Program-made: the position numbers and the translations under genes | From: an uncultured Clostridia bacterium | GTDB taxonomy: Bacteria > Bacillota > Clostridia > Christensenellales > Borkfalkiaceae | Length of the DNA stretch: 50,993 bases | Assembly: GCA_905235795.1 (NCBI GenBank) | Contig: CAJOMS010000002.1 | Coordinates: 1-50,993 of the forward strand | Reading direction: 5' to 3' | Notes under the pieces: generated by a model | The model's input: the letters and a program-made list of their open reading frames with translations, nothing else | What the model was told of the DNA's origin: nothing | Databases searched by the model: none | Shown: positions 33,897-44,854 of the stretch, in pieces | Position numbering within the stretch: the first letter of the stretch is position 1 | Layout of the letters: each line of letters starts with the position of its first letter

Positions 33897-34837
33897 TTTT
33901 CAATCTCCGCCAACACGGCAATCCATTCGCCATTAACTCTTTTTTCAATAAATTTGAAACCAAGCGCCTCGTAAGTTGCAACGACCTCGTCGTAACGGGA
34001 GTGTATAATGCCGCTCATTATCAATTTTCCGTCACTCTTTATATTTTTAAGTATATCTCTCGACAAAATTTTTAACACATCTGCCGTAATGTTCGCAACG
34101 ACAAGATCTCCGCATACGGTCGTATCGTCGAGCAAATTAGAGTGAGCTACGACGACCTTGTCCTCAACGCCGTTAAGCTTGCAATTATGTTCCGCGCTCT
34201 TTACTGCAACGAGGTCTATATCTGTCAAAATAGCCTTCTCCGCGCCGAGTTTTACAGCCGCAATACCCAAAATTCCGCTTCCGCAACCGATATCTATAAC
34301 CGTATCCGTAGCTTTAAGATATTTTTGAATCAGCTCAATGCACATTGACGTCGTTTCGTGTTCGCCCGTGCCAAACGCCATATTAGAATCGATTTTTACC
34401 TGAACTTCGCCGTCGCCGGGTTCATGATCTATCCATTCGGGACAAACCCACACGCGCCCGAACTGCATGGGACGATAATGTTTTCGCCAAATTTCAATCC
34501 AATCGTCGCCCTCAACCTCGCGCTTGACCGTTTCCAGACTGCCAACGACAATATTCCCTTCGGCATTTTTGCTTAATTGAGCAAGGTCCTCTCTTATCGA
34601 TATATCCGCAGCAGCAGCTTCTTCTTTTGCAATATATGCCTTAACGAGTACGTCCTCGCCTTGTTTAACGAGTTTGTCGTCAATATAATCCCACGTATCG
34701 CGGCGCTTTTCGATAAGCTCGATAACGTCGTTAACGTCGCATATAGCTACGCCGTAGTTAGTGTAATTCCATAAAATATCGCTTACGAGATCGGCAGCTT
34801 CTGCCGTAGTTGTTATCGTAAATTCTATAAATTTCAT
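33893..34837 (-). CDS. prmA: Ribosomal protein L11 methyltransferase
   Basis: W....Y.P..., FGTGEHETT, DIGCGSGIL. The prmA-rsmE order is conserved. Confidence 0.92.
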   Translation of the reverse strand: MKFIEFTITTTAEAADLVSDILWNYTNYGVAICDVNDVIELIEKRRDTWDYIDDKLVKQGEDVLVKAYIAKEEAAAADISIREDLAQLSKNAEGNIVVGSLETVKREVEGDDWIEIWRKHYRPMQFGRVWVCPEWIDHEPGDGEVQVKIDSNMAFGTGEHETTSMCIELIQKYLKATDTVIDIGCGSGILGIAAVKLGAEKAILTDIDLVAVKSAEHNCKLNGVEDKVVVAHSNLLDDTTVCGDLVVANITADVLKILSRDILKNIKSDGKLIMSGIIHSRYDEVVATYEALGFKFIEKRVNGEWIAVLAEIEK

Positions 34838-34838
34838 T

Positions 34839-35984
34839 TTAACCTCTGTAAATTACGTTGCCGCCACGCACGGTAAGCGCAACGTTCATCTCGTCGTCAA
34901 CGACGGCAAAATCGGCATCCTTGCCTATTTTTATGCTGCCTTTTTTATCAAAAATCTTAAGATTTTTCGCAGGATTTATCGTTGCGAAATCTACCGCATC
35001 GGTAAAAGATACACCGTTGTTTACCAAATTTTTAATAGCGACGTTCATTTTCAGTACACTGCCCGCAAGCGCTCCGTTGGCAAGACGTGCCTCGCCGTTT
35101 TTAACGTAAACGGTCTGACCGCCCAATTCGGATACCCCGTCGGGCATGTGTTTTGCGCGCATTGCATCCGTTATTAACGTTACTTTATCGTGCGGTTTGT
35201 TTTTAATTACAAGCTTGATGGCGGGTACTGAAACGTGTATCGTATCGCAAATGATCTCACAATTATAAGAATCGAGTAACAGCGCACTACCGGCAACGCC
35301 TATTTCGCGGTGATGAACACCCTTTTGAGCGTTAAATGTATGCGTAATATTCGAAGCGCCCCACTCTGCAGCCTTGCAAACGGTTTCGTAACCGGCACCG
35401 GAATGTCCTATCGATACCACGGCCCCATTCTTTACTGCATGTTTGATAAATTCTTCGGCTCCGCTTTCTTCGGGTGCCATTGTTATTAATTTAACACAAC
35501 CACCGCACGCCTCGTTAAACCTGTCAAAAATGTCACTATCAGGTTTAATGACGTACTCTAACGGCTGCGCGCCTATATAGTCGGGAGAAATAAAAGGCCC
35601 TTCAAGGTGCACGCCCAACAACTCCGCGCCGGTTTCACGTGAAACACTCCTGTATTCTTTTACAGCAAACATAGCCCTTTCTATATTTTCAACGCTCTGA
35701 GTCATCGTAGTAGCCAAAAATCCCGTGGTTCCCTCGCTCGCTATCGCTTCGGCAATTTGTTTTAAAGCTTCCGCAGTACCATCCATAGCGTCGCAACCTG
35801 CGGCACCGTGGATATGCTCGTCTATAAATCCGGGCAGAACGATCTTACCGTCCATATCGGCGTAACTTTCAATATTCGTATCGTCGTTGCCTATATATGC
35901 AATTTTTCCATTTTCAACACCTATACAAGTGGTGACGATTCCCTCGCCCTCTATATAAGCTTTGCAGTTTTTAAAACCTTTCAT
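34839..35984 (-). CDS. nagA: N-acetylglucosamine-6-phosphate deacetylase
   Basis: Amidohydrolase with PGFIDEHIHG, HLEGPF, GHS.A and DAMRA patterns typical of NagA. Confidence 0.9.
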   Translation of the reverse strand: MKGFKNCKAYIEGEGIVTTCIGVENGKIAYIGNDDTNIESYADMDGKIVLPGFIDEHIHGAAGCDAMDGTAEALKQIAEAIASEGTTGFLATTMTQSVENIERAMFAVKEYRSVSRETGAELLGVHLEGPFISPDYIGAQPLEYVIKPDSDIFDRFNEACGGCVKLITMAPEESGAEEFIKHAVKNGAVVSIGHSGAGYETVCKAAEWGASNITHTFNAQKGVHHREIGVAGSALLLDSYNCEIICDTIHVSVPAIKLVIKNKPHDKVTLITDAMRAKHMPDGVSELGGQTVYVKNGEARLANGALAGSVLKMNVAIKNLVNNGVSFTDAVDFATINPAKNLKIFDKKGSIKIGKDADFAVVDDEMNVALTVRGGNVIYRG

Positions 35985-36652
35985 CGTAATTCTCCGTTTA
36001 AAAATTCTTTTATTATATCGTATAATTCCGACGCACTATCGGCAAATATCTTTGCTCCGGCATCGGTTAACACCTTTTTATCTCTATATCCCCAAGTAAC
36101 GGCAATGCCCGTACAGCCAAGGTTTTCGGCAAAACGAACGTCAGTTTCCCCGTCGCCCACAACAACGGCGTTTTCAGGTAATACCCCAAGTTCGTTAAGT
36201 ATAAATTCTCCGCACTCCTTATCAGGCTTGTGAGCAAAACACGGACGATTGCCGTAAACGTAATCGAAGTCGTATTGTTTTAAATAACGTTTATATACCT
36301 CGTCCATAGACGGTTGAGGCTTATTAGAGGCAATTGCAAGCATAGCGCCGTCCATTTTAAGATTTTTAAGTAAAACGTCTATACCGTCGTAAAGTGCCGT
36401 TTTTGGCGAACCGCTTGAATTGTAAATTTCATTATATTTTTTAAGACATTCCTCAATCGGAATTTCACAACCTACAGGCAAAGATCTTATTACGAAATTT
36501 TTTGCACCGTTGCCTATATACGCCTTAGCTTGTTCGACCGTAATATGCGGAAAACCGTAAAATTCAAGCATCGCGTTCATAGCGTCGCAAAGGTCTCCGG
36601 AAGTATCTAAAAGTGTACCATCCAAATCAAAAATCACTAATTTTTTAATCAT
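35981..36652 (-). CDS. HAD-superfamily hydrolase (phosphoglycolate phosphatase-like)
   Basis: HAD motif I VIFDLDGTLLDT, motif II SNK and motif IV VGDGETD. I chose the start at 36652. A start at 36676 is possible. Confidence 0.8.
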   Translation of the reverse strand: MIKKLVIFDLDGTLLDTSGDLCDAMNAMLEFYGFPHITVEQAKAYIGNGAKNFVIRSLPVGCEIPIEECLKKYNEIYNSSGSPKTALYDGIDVLLKNLKMDGAMLAIASNKPQPSMDEVYKRYLKQYDFDYVYGNRPCFAHKPDKECGEFILNELGVLPENAVVVGDGETDVRFAENLGCTGIAVTWGYRDKKVLTDAGAKIFADSASELYDIIKEFLNGELR

Positions 36653-37874
36653 TTTTATTACCTTTAAATTTCTCAACTATTCTTTCAACGGCAATAGTCG
36701 CATGTTCAAAAGTAAGACCGCCCTGAACGTACGCGATATATGGCTCGCAGATGGGAGCGTCTGCCGAAAGCTCTATTGACGAGCCCTGCACGAAACACCC
36801 CGCGGCCATTATCACCTTATGCTCGTACCCCGGCATATCCCAAGGTTCAAGCTTAACAAAACTATCTATGGGCGAAACCTCTTGCACCGTTTGAATAAAA
36901 TCTATAAGCTGTTCTTCCGTTTCAAACTTTACGGAACGCGTAATATCCTTAGGAAGTTCGCCTTTTGCCGGCAAAGTTTCAAAGCCCCTATCCGCCATTA
37001 CGGCGCCGAGCAACATACTTCCGTCAAGCGCTTGCTTGACTATATGCGGCGCCATAAACAACCCCTGAAAGAAATATTGATACGTAAAAGCGTATGAACC
37101 CACTTCTCCGCCTATCGATGGAGCAGTTAATCTATTTTCAACGAGGCGAATATACTCTGATTTTCCCGCAACATAACCGCCCGTTGGGGCTATTCCTCCG
37201 CCTGCATTTTTTATAAGAGAGCCGGCCATAAGGTCTGCGCCGACGGCAGTTGGTTCATATTTTTCAACGAATTCACCGTAGCAGTTATCAACGAAAATAC
37301 AACCGTTAAAACCTGCCTCTCTGAGCTTAGAAAAGAAAGAACCCATTTCTTCGACGGAAAGCGAGGAACGCCAAGCGTACCCTCTCGACCGCTGAACGTA
37401 AACCAATTTGGGAGCTTTGGTTTTGATGAACGAAATAGCAGCATCCTCGTCTATTTTATCGTTTTTTAGCGGAATATTCTCAAAACTTACCCCGTAATCC
37501 TTTAAAGATCCGATATTTTCTCCCGAAATAACGTCAACCAAAGTGTCGTACGGCATGCCCGTTACAGAGACGAACAGATCGCCCGGTCTCAGAACTGCGA
37601 ATAAGGCAAGCGAAATAGCGTGCGTTCCCGAAACGATGTTCGGCGAAACGACTGCCGCCTCCGCGTCGAACGAACGTGCGTAAACCTTATTTAAAGCGTC
37701 CCTGCCATCGCTGTCGTAACCGTAACCGGTGGTTGGGTTAAAATGACGGAGAGCAATTTTTTCCGATTTGAATGCTTCTAATACTTTGCGCTGGTTATAT
37801 AGCGCAACGTCAGCCGTATAATCCATTTGTTTTTCAAGTTGCAACTTCGCTTTTTCTATTGTTTCATCTAACAT
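36645..37874 (-). CDS. PLP-dependent YnbB-like protein (Met gamma-lyase / aluminium-resistance family)
   Basis: 409 aa. The pattern TGYGYDSDGRD...SGTHAI...GSLIKN.GGG.A..GGY matches, from memory, the PF06838 family often found after miaA in Firmicutes. Confidence 0.8.
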   Translation of the reverse strand: MLDETIEKAKLQLEKQMDYTADVALYNQRKVLEAFKSEKIALRHFNPTTGYGYDSDGRDALNKVYARSFDAEAAVVSPNIVSGTHAISLALFAVLRPGDLFVSVTGMPYDTLVDVISGENIGSLKDYGVSFENIPLKNDKIDEDAAISFIKTKAPKLVYVQRSRGYAWRSSLSVEEMGSFFSKLREAGFNGCIFVDNCYGEFVEKYEPTAVGADLMAGSLIKNAGGGIAPTGGYVAGKSEYIRLVENRLTAPSIGGEVGSYAFTYQYFFQGLFMAPHIVKQALDGSMLLGAVMADRGFETLPAKGELPKDITRSVKFETEEQLIDFIQTVQEVSPIDSFVKLEPWDMPGYEHKVIMAAGCFVQGSSIELSADAPICEPYIAYVQGGLTFEHATIAVERIVEKFKGNKND

Positions 37875-37880
37875 TTTACA

Positions 37881-38804
37881 TTACCGAATTTTATCAATTA
37901 TTTGTTGTGCCAGATTTTTTACGTCATTCTTTTTCAAATAAACGAGACGAGGATCTCTTTTAAAAAAGGTGATTTGACGTTTTGCGTAATGGCGAGTGTT
38001 AAACTTTATCGACTCGGATATCTCCTCTACGCTCAAATTTTTATCAAGTCCCTCGCAAACCTCTTTGTAACCAATGCCCTGCATGCATTGATCGCTCACC
38101 TTTATTCCGCTTGCCAGCAACCCCTTTACTTCGTCTATCAAGCCCGCCTCGAGCATCTGATCTACCCGCAAGTTGATTCTTTCGTACAGTTCTTCTCTCT
38201 CAAAATCTATAGAAAACGAACTGTAATCGAATATCGGGGTAAGATCGTCTGTATAGCTTGACTTTTTCCTGCCGGAAACTTCATAAATTTCCAAAGCTCG
38301 CACGACGCGTTTAACGTCGTTTACGTGCAGGACTTTTGCCGATTCCGGGTCGCACTCTTCCAGCATTTCGTGCAATTTTTCCTTTCCGAATTCGTTTAAA
38401 ATATTTTCGTATTTTGCGCGAACGGCAGCGTCAGCAATGGAATTGCCGTAGCTTAAATTATATAAAACAGAGTTGATATAAAACCCTGTTCCCCCGCAAA
38501 TTACAGGGATTTTACCATTTTCAATTATCCCGCGCACTATCGGCAGAGCCAGCTCGCGGTATTCGCCTACCGAAAAATTTTCCGTAGGCTCCACGACGTC
38601 TATCAAGTGATGTTTAACGCCCTGCATCTCCTCTGCGGAAGGTTTTGCCGTACCGATATTGCAGCGTTTGTAAACGCACATTGAATCGGCGGAAACAACT
38701 TCGCTGCCCAAAAGTTTTGCGCACTCCACAGCAAGGGCGGTCTTTCCGGACGCCGTCGGTCCGCATATAACCAAAATCTTTCCTAAACTATTCTCTTGAA
38801 CCAT
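37881..38804 (-). CDS. miaA: tRNA dimethylallyltransferase
   Basis: P-loop GPTASGKT, HHLID, and the conserved mutL-miaA order. ATG 38804 overlaps the mutL 3' end by 22 nt. Confidence 0.9.
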   Translation of the reverse strand: MVQENSLGKILVICGPTASGKTALAVECAKLLGSEVVSADSMCVYKRCNIGTAKPSAEEMQGVKHHLIDVVEPTENFSVGEYRELALPIVRGIIENGKIPVICGGTGFYINSVLYNLSYGNSIADAAVRAKYENILNEFGKEKLHEMLEECDPESAKVLHVNDVKRVVRALEIYEVSGRKKSSYTDDLTPIFDYSSFSIDFEREELYERINLRVDQMLEAGLIDEVKGLLASGIKVSDQCMQGIGYKEVCEGLDKNLSVEEISESIKFNTRHYAKRQITFFKRDPRLVYLKKNDVKNLAQQIIDKIR

Positions 38805-40768
38805 TTTTCGATCTCGGTGCCGGTAATACGAACAGCAACGGGCCTGCCGTGCGGACATTTAAGCCCCATATCGCCGTTCATCTTTTTTATTAACGCCTTT
38901 ATTTCCCCATCGGATAGGGAAAATCCTGCTTTTATAGCCGCCTTACACGCGCGTTGACACAACTTTTCCCTTATTACTTCGGGAACTTTCTCTTGCTTTA
39001 ACCCGTTATCGTTCAACACGTCCGAAAAGAATTCGTCCAAATTCATTTCGGCAAGATCGAGAGGGACTTCGGTTACCTTATAAGAATTTCCGCCGAACTC
39101 CTCTATAGCAAAGCCCAGCTCTTTGAGATACTCCGTTCTCGTTTGAAAATAGGCATCTTCAACACTGTTTAAATTTAGTATATAAGGTATCAATAACGGC
39201 TGAGTTGCGGAATTTTTGGACAATGCTTTTTCGTATATAGAATCAAATAAAATGCGTTCATGTGCGGCATGTTGATCTATAAAATAAACGTCTCCGTTCT
39301 TCTCGAATATCAAATACGTTTTGAGCGCTTGCCCCACGTATATAAAATCGTAATCTATGCCCATATCGCCCTGCTCGGTAAAGGCATCGGCTTTTGACTT
39401 GGGCAGTTCGGAAGTCTTTTCTTCGGTTTTTTCAAATTCGAACACCTCGGCAGGCTTCTCCTTCCCTGCCTTTTTTTCTAATTCCTCAAGATATTTTTTG
39501 TTTTCGTTGAATACGGAAATTATCTTCTGTTCTGCAGCGGAATCGCATGTTGAAACGCCGCTGTCGTTTATCGCAGAATATTCCCAAAACTGATTACTCA
39601 ACGGTCGAGCTCGCTTCTCTTTTTTGTAATTTGTTTTGATTTCGGTATTTTTCTCGTCGACAAAATCGCTTGAGAATTCTTCATTTTTCACATTTTTATC
39701 GTCAGAATTATCCGTTTTTGCAACACTCTCGAATATCGGGCTAACAGGCGCCGCAGGATTTTCCATAACTATATCGAGAGCCTCGTTGCTGCCATCCAAG
39801 ACCTTTGAAACAACGGAATATACCGTCCCGTACACCACTTGATTGTTGCTGAATCTAACGTCCGTTTTATTCGGGTGAACGTTCACGTCGACGGCTTCCG
39901 CTGGTATAGTCAACTCCAGTACGAAAAACGGATATTGCCTTTTCATCAAGTATGATTGATACGCGTTTTGAATTGCAGATGAAACGGTTGAATTAATAAC
40001 GTATCTTCCGTTTATTATCAAAGTTTGATACGTTCTGTTCGCTTTAGTAAAATTGTGGCGACCTATGTAACCCCTTATGCCTATACCGTTTTTTTCGGCG
40101 GAAATATGGAAACAATTGCGCACCGTATCAACGCCGTAAACAGCAATCATAGCCTCTTCTTCCCCTCCGCCGTAAGATTGCAAAATCAATTCGTCGTCGG
40201 CGTAATATTTAAAAGAAATATAAGGGTTCGCGAGAATAAGCCTGCTTACTATATTCGTAATATCGGCTTCCTCGGCGCGCGTCGTCTTTAAAAATTTTGC
40301 CCTGACGGGAGTATTATAAAACAAACTTTCAACCGAAATTTTAATGCCGTTATCAGAAGGGGCGTCCTCTACCTCGCCGATATTGCCGCCATCTGCAGTA
40401 ATTTTTGCCCCGTAAAGCTGTTTTTCGGGCTTACTTACGATAGCGACCTTAGCTACGCTTGCAATACTTGCCAACGCTTCGCCCCTAAAACCGAGCGTAA
40501 TTATGTTGTCCAGATCGGAAACGTCGGAAATTTTGCTGGTTGCATGCGGCAAAAACGCCTTTGGCAGTTCTTCTTTTTCGATACCGCAACCGTCGTCGGT
40601 TATTTCAACCAAATCTTTGCCGCCGTTCCATATCGAAATTGTTATATTTTTTGCGCCTGCATCGATGGAATTTTCGACCAACTCCTTGACCACGGAAAAA
40701 GGCCTTTCTACCACTTCTCCCGCGGCAATCCGGTTATATATCTTTTTATCAAGGATATTTATCTTCAT
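38783..40768 (-). CDS. mutL: DNA mismatch repair protein MutL
   Basis: GHKL ATPase motifs (IAAGEVVERP, ELVENSIDAG, DDGCGI, GFRGEALASI) and the C-terminal endonuclease motif region (DQHAAHERI). Confidence 0.94.
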   Translation of the reverse strand: MKINILDKKIYNRIAAGEVVERPFSVVKELVENSIDAGAKNITISIWNGGKDLVEITDDGCGIEKEELPKAFLPHATSKISDVSDLDNIITLGFRGEALASIASVAKVAIVSKPEKQLYGAKITADGGNIGEVEDAPSDNGIKISVESLFYNTPVRAKFLKTTRAEEADITNIVSRLILANPYISFKYYADDELILQSYGGGEEEAMIAVYGVDTVRNCFHISAEKNGIGIRGYIGRHNFTKANRTYQTLIINGRYVINSTVSSAIQNAYQSYLMKRQYPFFVLELTIPAEAVDVNVHPNKTDVRFSNNQVVYGTVYSVVSKVLDGSNEALDIVMENPAAPVSPIFESVAKTDNSDDKNVKNEEFSSDFVDEKNTEIKTNYKKEKRARPLSNQFWEYSAINDSGVSTCDSAAEQKIISVFNENKKYLEELEKKAGKEKPAEVFEFEKTEEKTSELPKSKADAFTEQGDMGIDYDFIYVGQALKTYLIFEKNGDVYFIDQHAAHERILFDSIYEKALSKNSATQPLLIPYILNLNSVEDAYFQTRTEYLKELGFAIEEFGGNSYKVTEVPLDLAEMNLDEFFSDVLNDNGLKQEKVPEVIREKLCQRACKAAIKAGFSLSDGEIKALIKKMNGDMGLKCPHGRPVAVRITGTEIEKWFKRIV

Positions 40769-40778
40769 ATTATCCCCC

Positions 40779-43364
40779 TCAATCTTTGTCTTTATCTAAC
40801 TTTTCTTTAAGATCAGCCAAGATATTAAACGCCTGCATCGGGCTTATATCGTTCAAATTCAACTCGTCAATAATCGTTTCAACTTCTGATTTTTTTGAAA
40901 TTTCGGTTTCAGTTTTAGAAGTTTTAATTCCCTTTGTCAAATCATTTTTTTCAAGATCTCTCAGTATCTTTTTCGCCCTGTCGGTAACCTCTGACGGCAC
41001 GCCGGCAAGCGAGGCAACTTCTATGCCGAAACTTCTGTTTGCACCGCCGCGCATTATCTTTCTGAGAAAAACTATCGAATTATTCAATTCTTTTACGGTT
41101 ATCTTATAATTTTTGACTCCGTCCAAAACGCCTTCAAGCTCGGTAAGTTCGTGATAGTGCGTTGCAAAAAGTGTTTTTGCCCTTATATTTGTGGTGATAT
41201 ACTCAACTACCGCCCAAGCGATGCTCAACCCGTCGTAAGTGCTGGTTCCCCTGCCTACCTCGTCCAGAACAAGCAGGCTTTTATCCGTGGCGTGCAACAA
41301 AATAGTTGCAACTTCCATCATCTCGACCATAAACGTGCTTTGATCGAAAACCAAATTGTCGCTTGCGCCTACGCGAGTATATATTCTGTCCGTTAAAGGT
41401 ACTTCCGCCGAAGAACACGGCACGAAACTGCCTATGTGAGCCATCAACACTATCAACGCGGTTTGTCTCATATAGGTGCTTTTACCTGCCATATTCGGCC
41501 CCGTCAGTATCATGGTTCTGTTTTCGCAAGTATCCAGATAAGTATCGTTGGCAACGAACTGCTCGCGCGAGACCGCCTCCACCACGGGGTGCCTGCCGCC
41601 TACGATATTCAGCGGCTTATCGCTATTGACTATTTCAGGTCGGCAATATTTGTTGTTTTTCGCAACCTCTGCAAGTGAAACTATCGTATCCAAACAAGCT
41701 ATACACTTAGCCGTTTTTTGCAATTTTCTTATATTTTGAACGAGTTTATCCTTAATTTCTTCGTATAGGCGAGCTTCAAGTTTAAGCGCTTCTTCTTCGC
41801 TGTTAAGTATTTTATCTTCAAGCTGTTTAAGCTCGTCCGTAACGTACCTTTCCGCATTGGCAAGCGTTTGTTTCCTTACGTAATTGTACGGAACGTAATC
41901 TTTAAAAGAGTTGGTTACTTCAATATAATATCCAAAAACTCGGTTATAACCTATTTTTAAATTTTTAATGCCGGTACGTTCTCTCTCCGCCGTCTCCATT
42001 GCGGCAATCTTGTTTTTGACGGTACTGCGAATATTGCGCAGCTCGTCCAAATCCTTGTTGAACCCCTCTTTTATGTATCCGCCGTCTTTCATTGTTACCG
42101 CAACGTTGTCCGATATGGCGTCGTTCAACAATTTGGAAAGTTCGGCGTAATCGCCCATGTTTGCGCAGATATCTTTGATGATATTTGACGACAAACCGCT
42201 TAACTGAAATATTATACTCGGTATCAAACTCAACGACTTGCCAAGTAGCGAACAGTCCTTAGGCGTCACGTTATTATTCGAAATTTTACCCGCAAGTCTT
42301 TCGATATCGTTTACCGAAGAGAGAATTTCTGCAATTCCTTGCCTTATAAGGGTATTGTTGTAGAGTTCTTCTACGCCGTCAAGTCTGTAATTTATCTTTT
42401 CTATATCCTGTAGAGGCGATAAAATCCAGGACGTTAAATTTCTCGATCCCATGCCGGTTTTTGTCTTGTCAAGCACCCATAAAAGCGAGCCGTAACGCTT
42501 GCCATCGCGCATCGATTTTATTAGCTCCAAATTCCTTACGGCGTTGAAATCGAGAGTCATAAATTCTCCCACTTCTTCAACGGAAATTTTATTTATGTTT
42601 TTCAACGCGTGCTTTTGCGTTTCTCTCAGATACTCTACAAGCCCGCCTGCGGCGCTTATCATTAAATTCTCGTCTTCCAGCCCGTAAGCAGCAAGCGATG
42701 CGACGCCAAATTGTTCAAGCAAGGTTTTCTTTGCGGATTTAAGCGAAAAAGCATATTCTCTGAACGAATAAAATGCAGGAATTACCTCATGTTTTACAAT
42801 ACTGAAATTTTTAGATTCCAAAAACGCCGCCTGATTGGAAATAATCTCCGCAGGCGAAATTCTCACCAAACAATCAAATAATGCGCTCTCTTTTCCATCA
42901 CCTGAAAAATTGCGGGCAAAGAAATCGCCGGTTGTAATATCAGCCCAAGCGCAAGCGTAATCCTTACCGTTGTAGTAAACCGAGGCAAGGAAGTTGTTTT
43001 TCTTCTCGTCAAGCAAGGAATTATCTATCATGGTACCCGCCGAAACGACTCTTATAACGTCCCTTTCGACTAAGCCCTTCGATTCTTCCGGCAACGTCAT
43101 CTGTTCGCAAATTGCAACCTTTTCTCCCATCTCCACGAGTTTTGCGATGTAAGTTTCCGCAGCATGATACGGTATCCCGCACATCGGCGCCCTTTCGTCA
43201 AGCCCGCAATCTCGTCCGGTCAACGTCAGTTCGAGCATAGAACTTACCTTCTTTGCGTCGTCGAAAAACATCTCGTAAAAGTCGCCGAGCCTGTAAAAAA
43301 GGATGCAGTCTTTGTATTTTTCTTTAGTTTGCAAATAATGTTGCATCATTGGTGAAAGAGCCAT
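40779..43364 (-). CDS. mutS: DNA mismatch repair protein MutS
   Basis: N-terminus TPMMQHYL-like (SPMMQHYLQTKE), GDFYE mismatch-binding motif, Walker A GPNMAGKST, DEVGRGTST, THYHEL. Confidence 0.96.
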   Translation of the reverse strand: MALSPMMQHYLQTKEKYKDCILFYRLGDFYEMFFDDAKKVSSMLELTLTGRDCGLDERAPMCGIPYHAAETYIAKLVEMGEKVAICEQMTLPEESKGLVERDVIRVVSAGTMIDNSLLDEKKNNFLASVYYNGKDYACAWADITTGDFFARNFSGDGKESALFDCLVRISPAEIISNQAAFLESKNFSIVKHEVIPAFYSFREYAFSLKSAKKTLLEQFGVASLAAYGLEDENLMISAAGGLVEYLRETQKHALKNINKISVEEVGEFMTLDFNAVRNLELIKSMRDGKRYGSLLWVLDKTKTGMGSRNLTSWILSPLQDIEKINYRLDGVEELYNNTLIRQGIAEILSSVNDIERLAGKISNNNVTPKDCSLLGKSLSLIPSIIFQLSGLSSNIIKDICANMGDYAELSKLLNDAISDNVAVTMKDGGYIKEGFNKDLDELRNIRSTVKNKIAAMETAERERTGIKNLKIGYNRVFGYYIEVTNSFKDYVPYNYVRKQTLANAERYVTDELKQLEDKILNSEEEALKLEARLYEEIKDKLVQNIRKLQKTAKCIACLDTIVSLAEVAKNNKYCRPEIVNSDKPLNIVGGRHPVVEAVSREQFVANDTYLDTCENRTMILTGPNMAGKSTYMRQTALIVLMAHIGSFVPCSSAEVPLTDRIYTRVGASDNLVFDQSTFMVEMMEVATILLHATDKSLLVLDEVGRGTSTYDGLSIAWAVVEYITTNIRAKTLFATHYHELTELEGVLDGVKNYKITVKELNNSIVFLRKIMRGGANRSFGIEVASLAGVPSEVTDRAKKILRDLEKNDLTKGIKTSKTETEISKKSEVETIIDELNLNDISPMQAFNILADLKEKLDKDKD

Positions 43365-43376
43365 AATTCCCTCGCA

Positions 43377-44696
43377 TTATTCTATACTTACTATATCACC
43401 GAAAAGTGAAATTCCCGAACAATCATTAATTTTTATATTAACGAATTTTCCCAACAAATTCTCGTCGGACTTGCAATATCCCATCTTTCCGTATTCGTCG
43501 CGCCCCAAGTACAAGTCCCTCTTTTCGTCGTAGTCCTCACACAATATTTCTATGGTTTTTCCTTCGTACTTTTTCGATTGCTCTCTGTTTATCCTGTTTT
43601 GCAAATCTACGAGTCGCACGATACGGTCTTTTTTTACCTCGTCTGAAATATGCCCTTCCATGCGATCGGCAACGGTGCCGGACCGGCGGGAATAAACGAA
43701 CGTAAACGCGCTTATGTAATTAGCCCTTTCAACGACCTTTAAAGTATCTTGAAAGTCCTCCTCTGTTTCCGTAGGAAAGCCTATCATTATATCGCTCGTA
43801 ACGGCGCAATCGGGAATGATTTTGTGGAGCATGTCCAACTTCTCAATATATTGCTCGGCGGTATATTGCCTGTTCATCAGCTTTAATATTCTATCTGACC
43901 CGGCTTGAACGGGTAAATGCACACATTTGCATATTTTTGGGTTTTCTGCCATAACTTTAACAACTTTTTCGTTAAAATCCTTTGGATGATTTGAAATAAA
44001 GCGAAGTCGGAATTTCCCGTCTATTTTGCAAACCTCTTGCAACAGGTCTGCAAAATCCACCTTTTCGGGCAGATCTTTTCCATACGAATTGACGTTTTGT
44101 CCAAGCAGTGTTATCTCTTTATACCCTTCGCCGACAAGTTGCCTTACTTCTTCAACTATATTGTCGCACGAACGGCTGCGCTCTCTCCCCCTGACGTAAG
44201 GAACGATGCAATACGTACAAAAGTTATTGCAACCGTACATCACGTTTACCCAAGCGTTGGGAAAGCTGTTTCTAACCGCAGGCTGCCCTTCTGCAATAGC
44301 GTTATTTTCAACGATATCCACCACTCGCTTATTGGTTTCTATTCTTCTTTTAACCATCTCGCCGAGTTCCGAAAGGTTTTGCGTACCAAAAACTATATCC
44401 ACGAAAGGAAAAGTACTGCGCAGTTTTTCCGCCGCACCGGGCTGCTGAGTCATACATCCGCCCACGGCAATTATCATATTCGGGCGAGCCTTTTTTATAG
44501 GCTTCAACGCGCCTATATTTCCGTATGCGTGCCTTTCGGCGTTTTCCCTTACGCAACAGGTGTTGAAAGCCACTATATCGGCATCCTCCACGCTTTCGCC
44601 GCGTTCGTATCCAAGAGCTTCGAATGTTCCGGCTATTTTCTCGGACTCATGCTCGTTCATCTGACATCCGTATGTTATTATAAAATATTTACCCAT
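43377..44696 (-). CDS. miaB: tRNA-2-methylthio-N6-dimethylallyladenosine synthase MiaB
   Basis: TYGCQMNE N-domain, radical-SAM CNNFCTYC and a TRAM C-terminus. The position upstream of mutS matches Firmicute ymcB/miaB. Confidence 0.92.
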   Translation of the reverse strand: MGKYFIITYGCQMNEHESEKIAGTFEALGYERGESVEDADIVAFNTCCVRENAERHAYGNIGALKPIKKARPNMIIAVGGCMTQQPGAAEKLRSTFPFVDIVFGTQNLSELGEMVKRRIETNKRVVDIVENNAIAEGQPAVRNSFPNAWVNVMYGCNNFCTYCIVPYVRGRERSRSCDNIVEEVRQLVGEGYKEITLLGQNVNSYGKDLPEKVDFADLLQEVCKIDGKFRLRFISNHPKDFNEKVVKVMAENPKICKCVHLPVQAGSDRILKLMNRQYTAEQYIEKLDMLHKIIPDCAVTSDIMIGFPTETEEDFQDTLKVVERANYISAFTFVYSRRSGTVADRMEGHISDEVKKDRIVRLVDLQNRINREQSKKYEGKTIEILCEDYDEKRDLYLGRDEYGKMGYCKSDENLLGKFVNIKINDCSGISLFGDIVSIE

Positions 44697-44854
44697 AATA
44701 GTTATTATATATTATTCTTAATTTTTTTTCAACTTTTTAGCGGGAGTTGATTACCCTAATTAAAAATTTTCTCTATAAATTTTTTGTTTGTAATAATTTA
44801 ATTAAGGTTTCGCAAAATAAGCAGGACGGGTTTCCGTTTCACGGTGAACAAAAA

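Noticed and set aside
38783-38804. 22-nt overlap between the mutL 3' end and the miaA start, as a possible sign of frameshift or fusion
   Set aside because: Both proteins are full length with normal termini. The overlap probably reflects start-codon choice or ordinary coupling.
44037-44750. 237-aa plus-strand ORF
   Set aside because: It is fully antisense to the well-supported miaB gene. It has no family resemblance, and its composition is typical of the antisense frame of an AT-rich gene.
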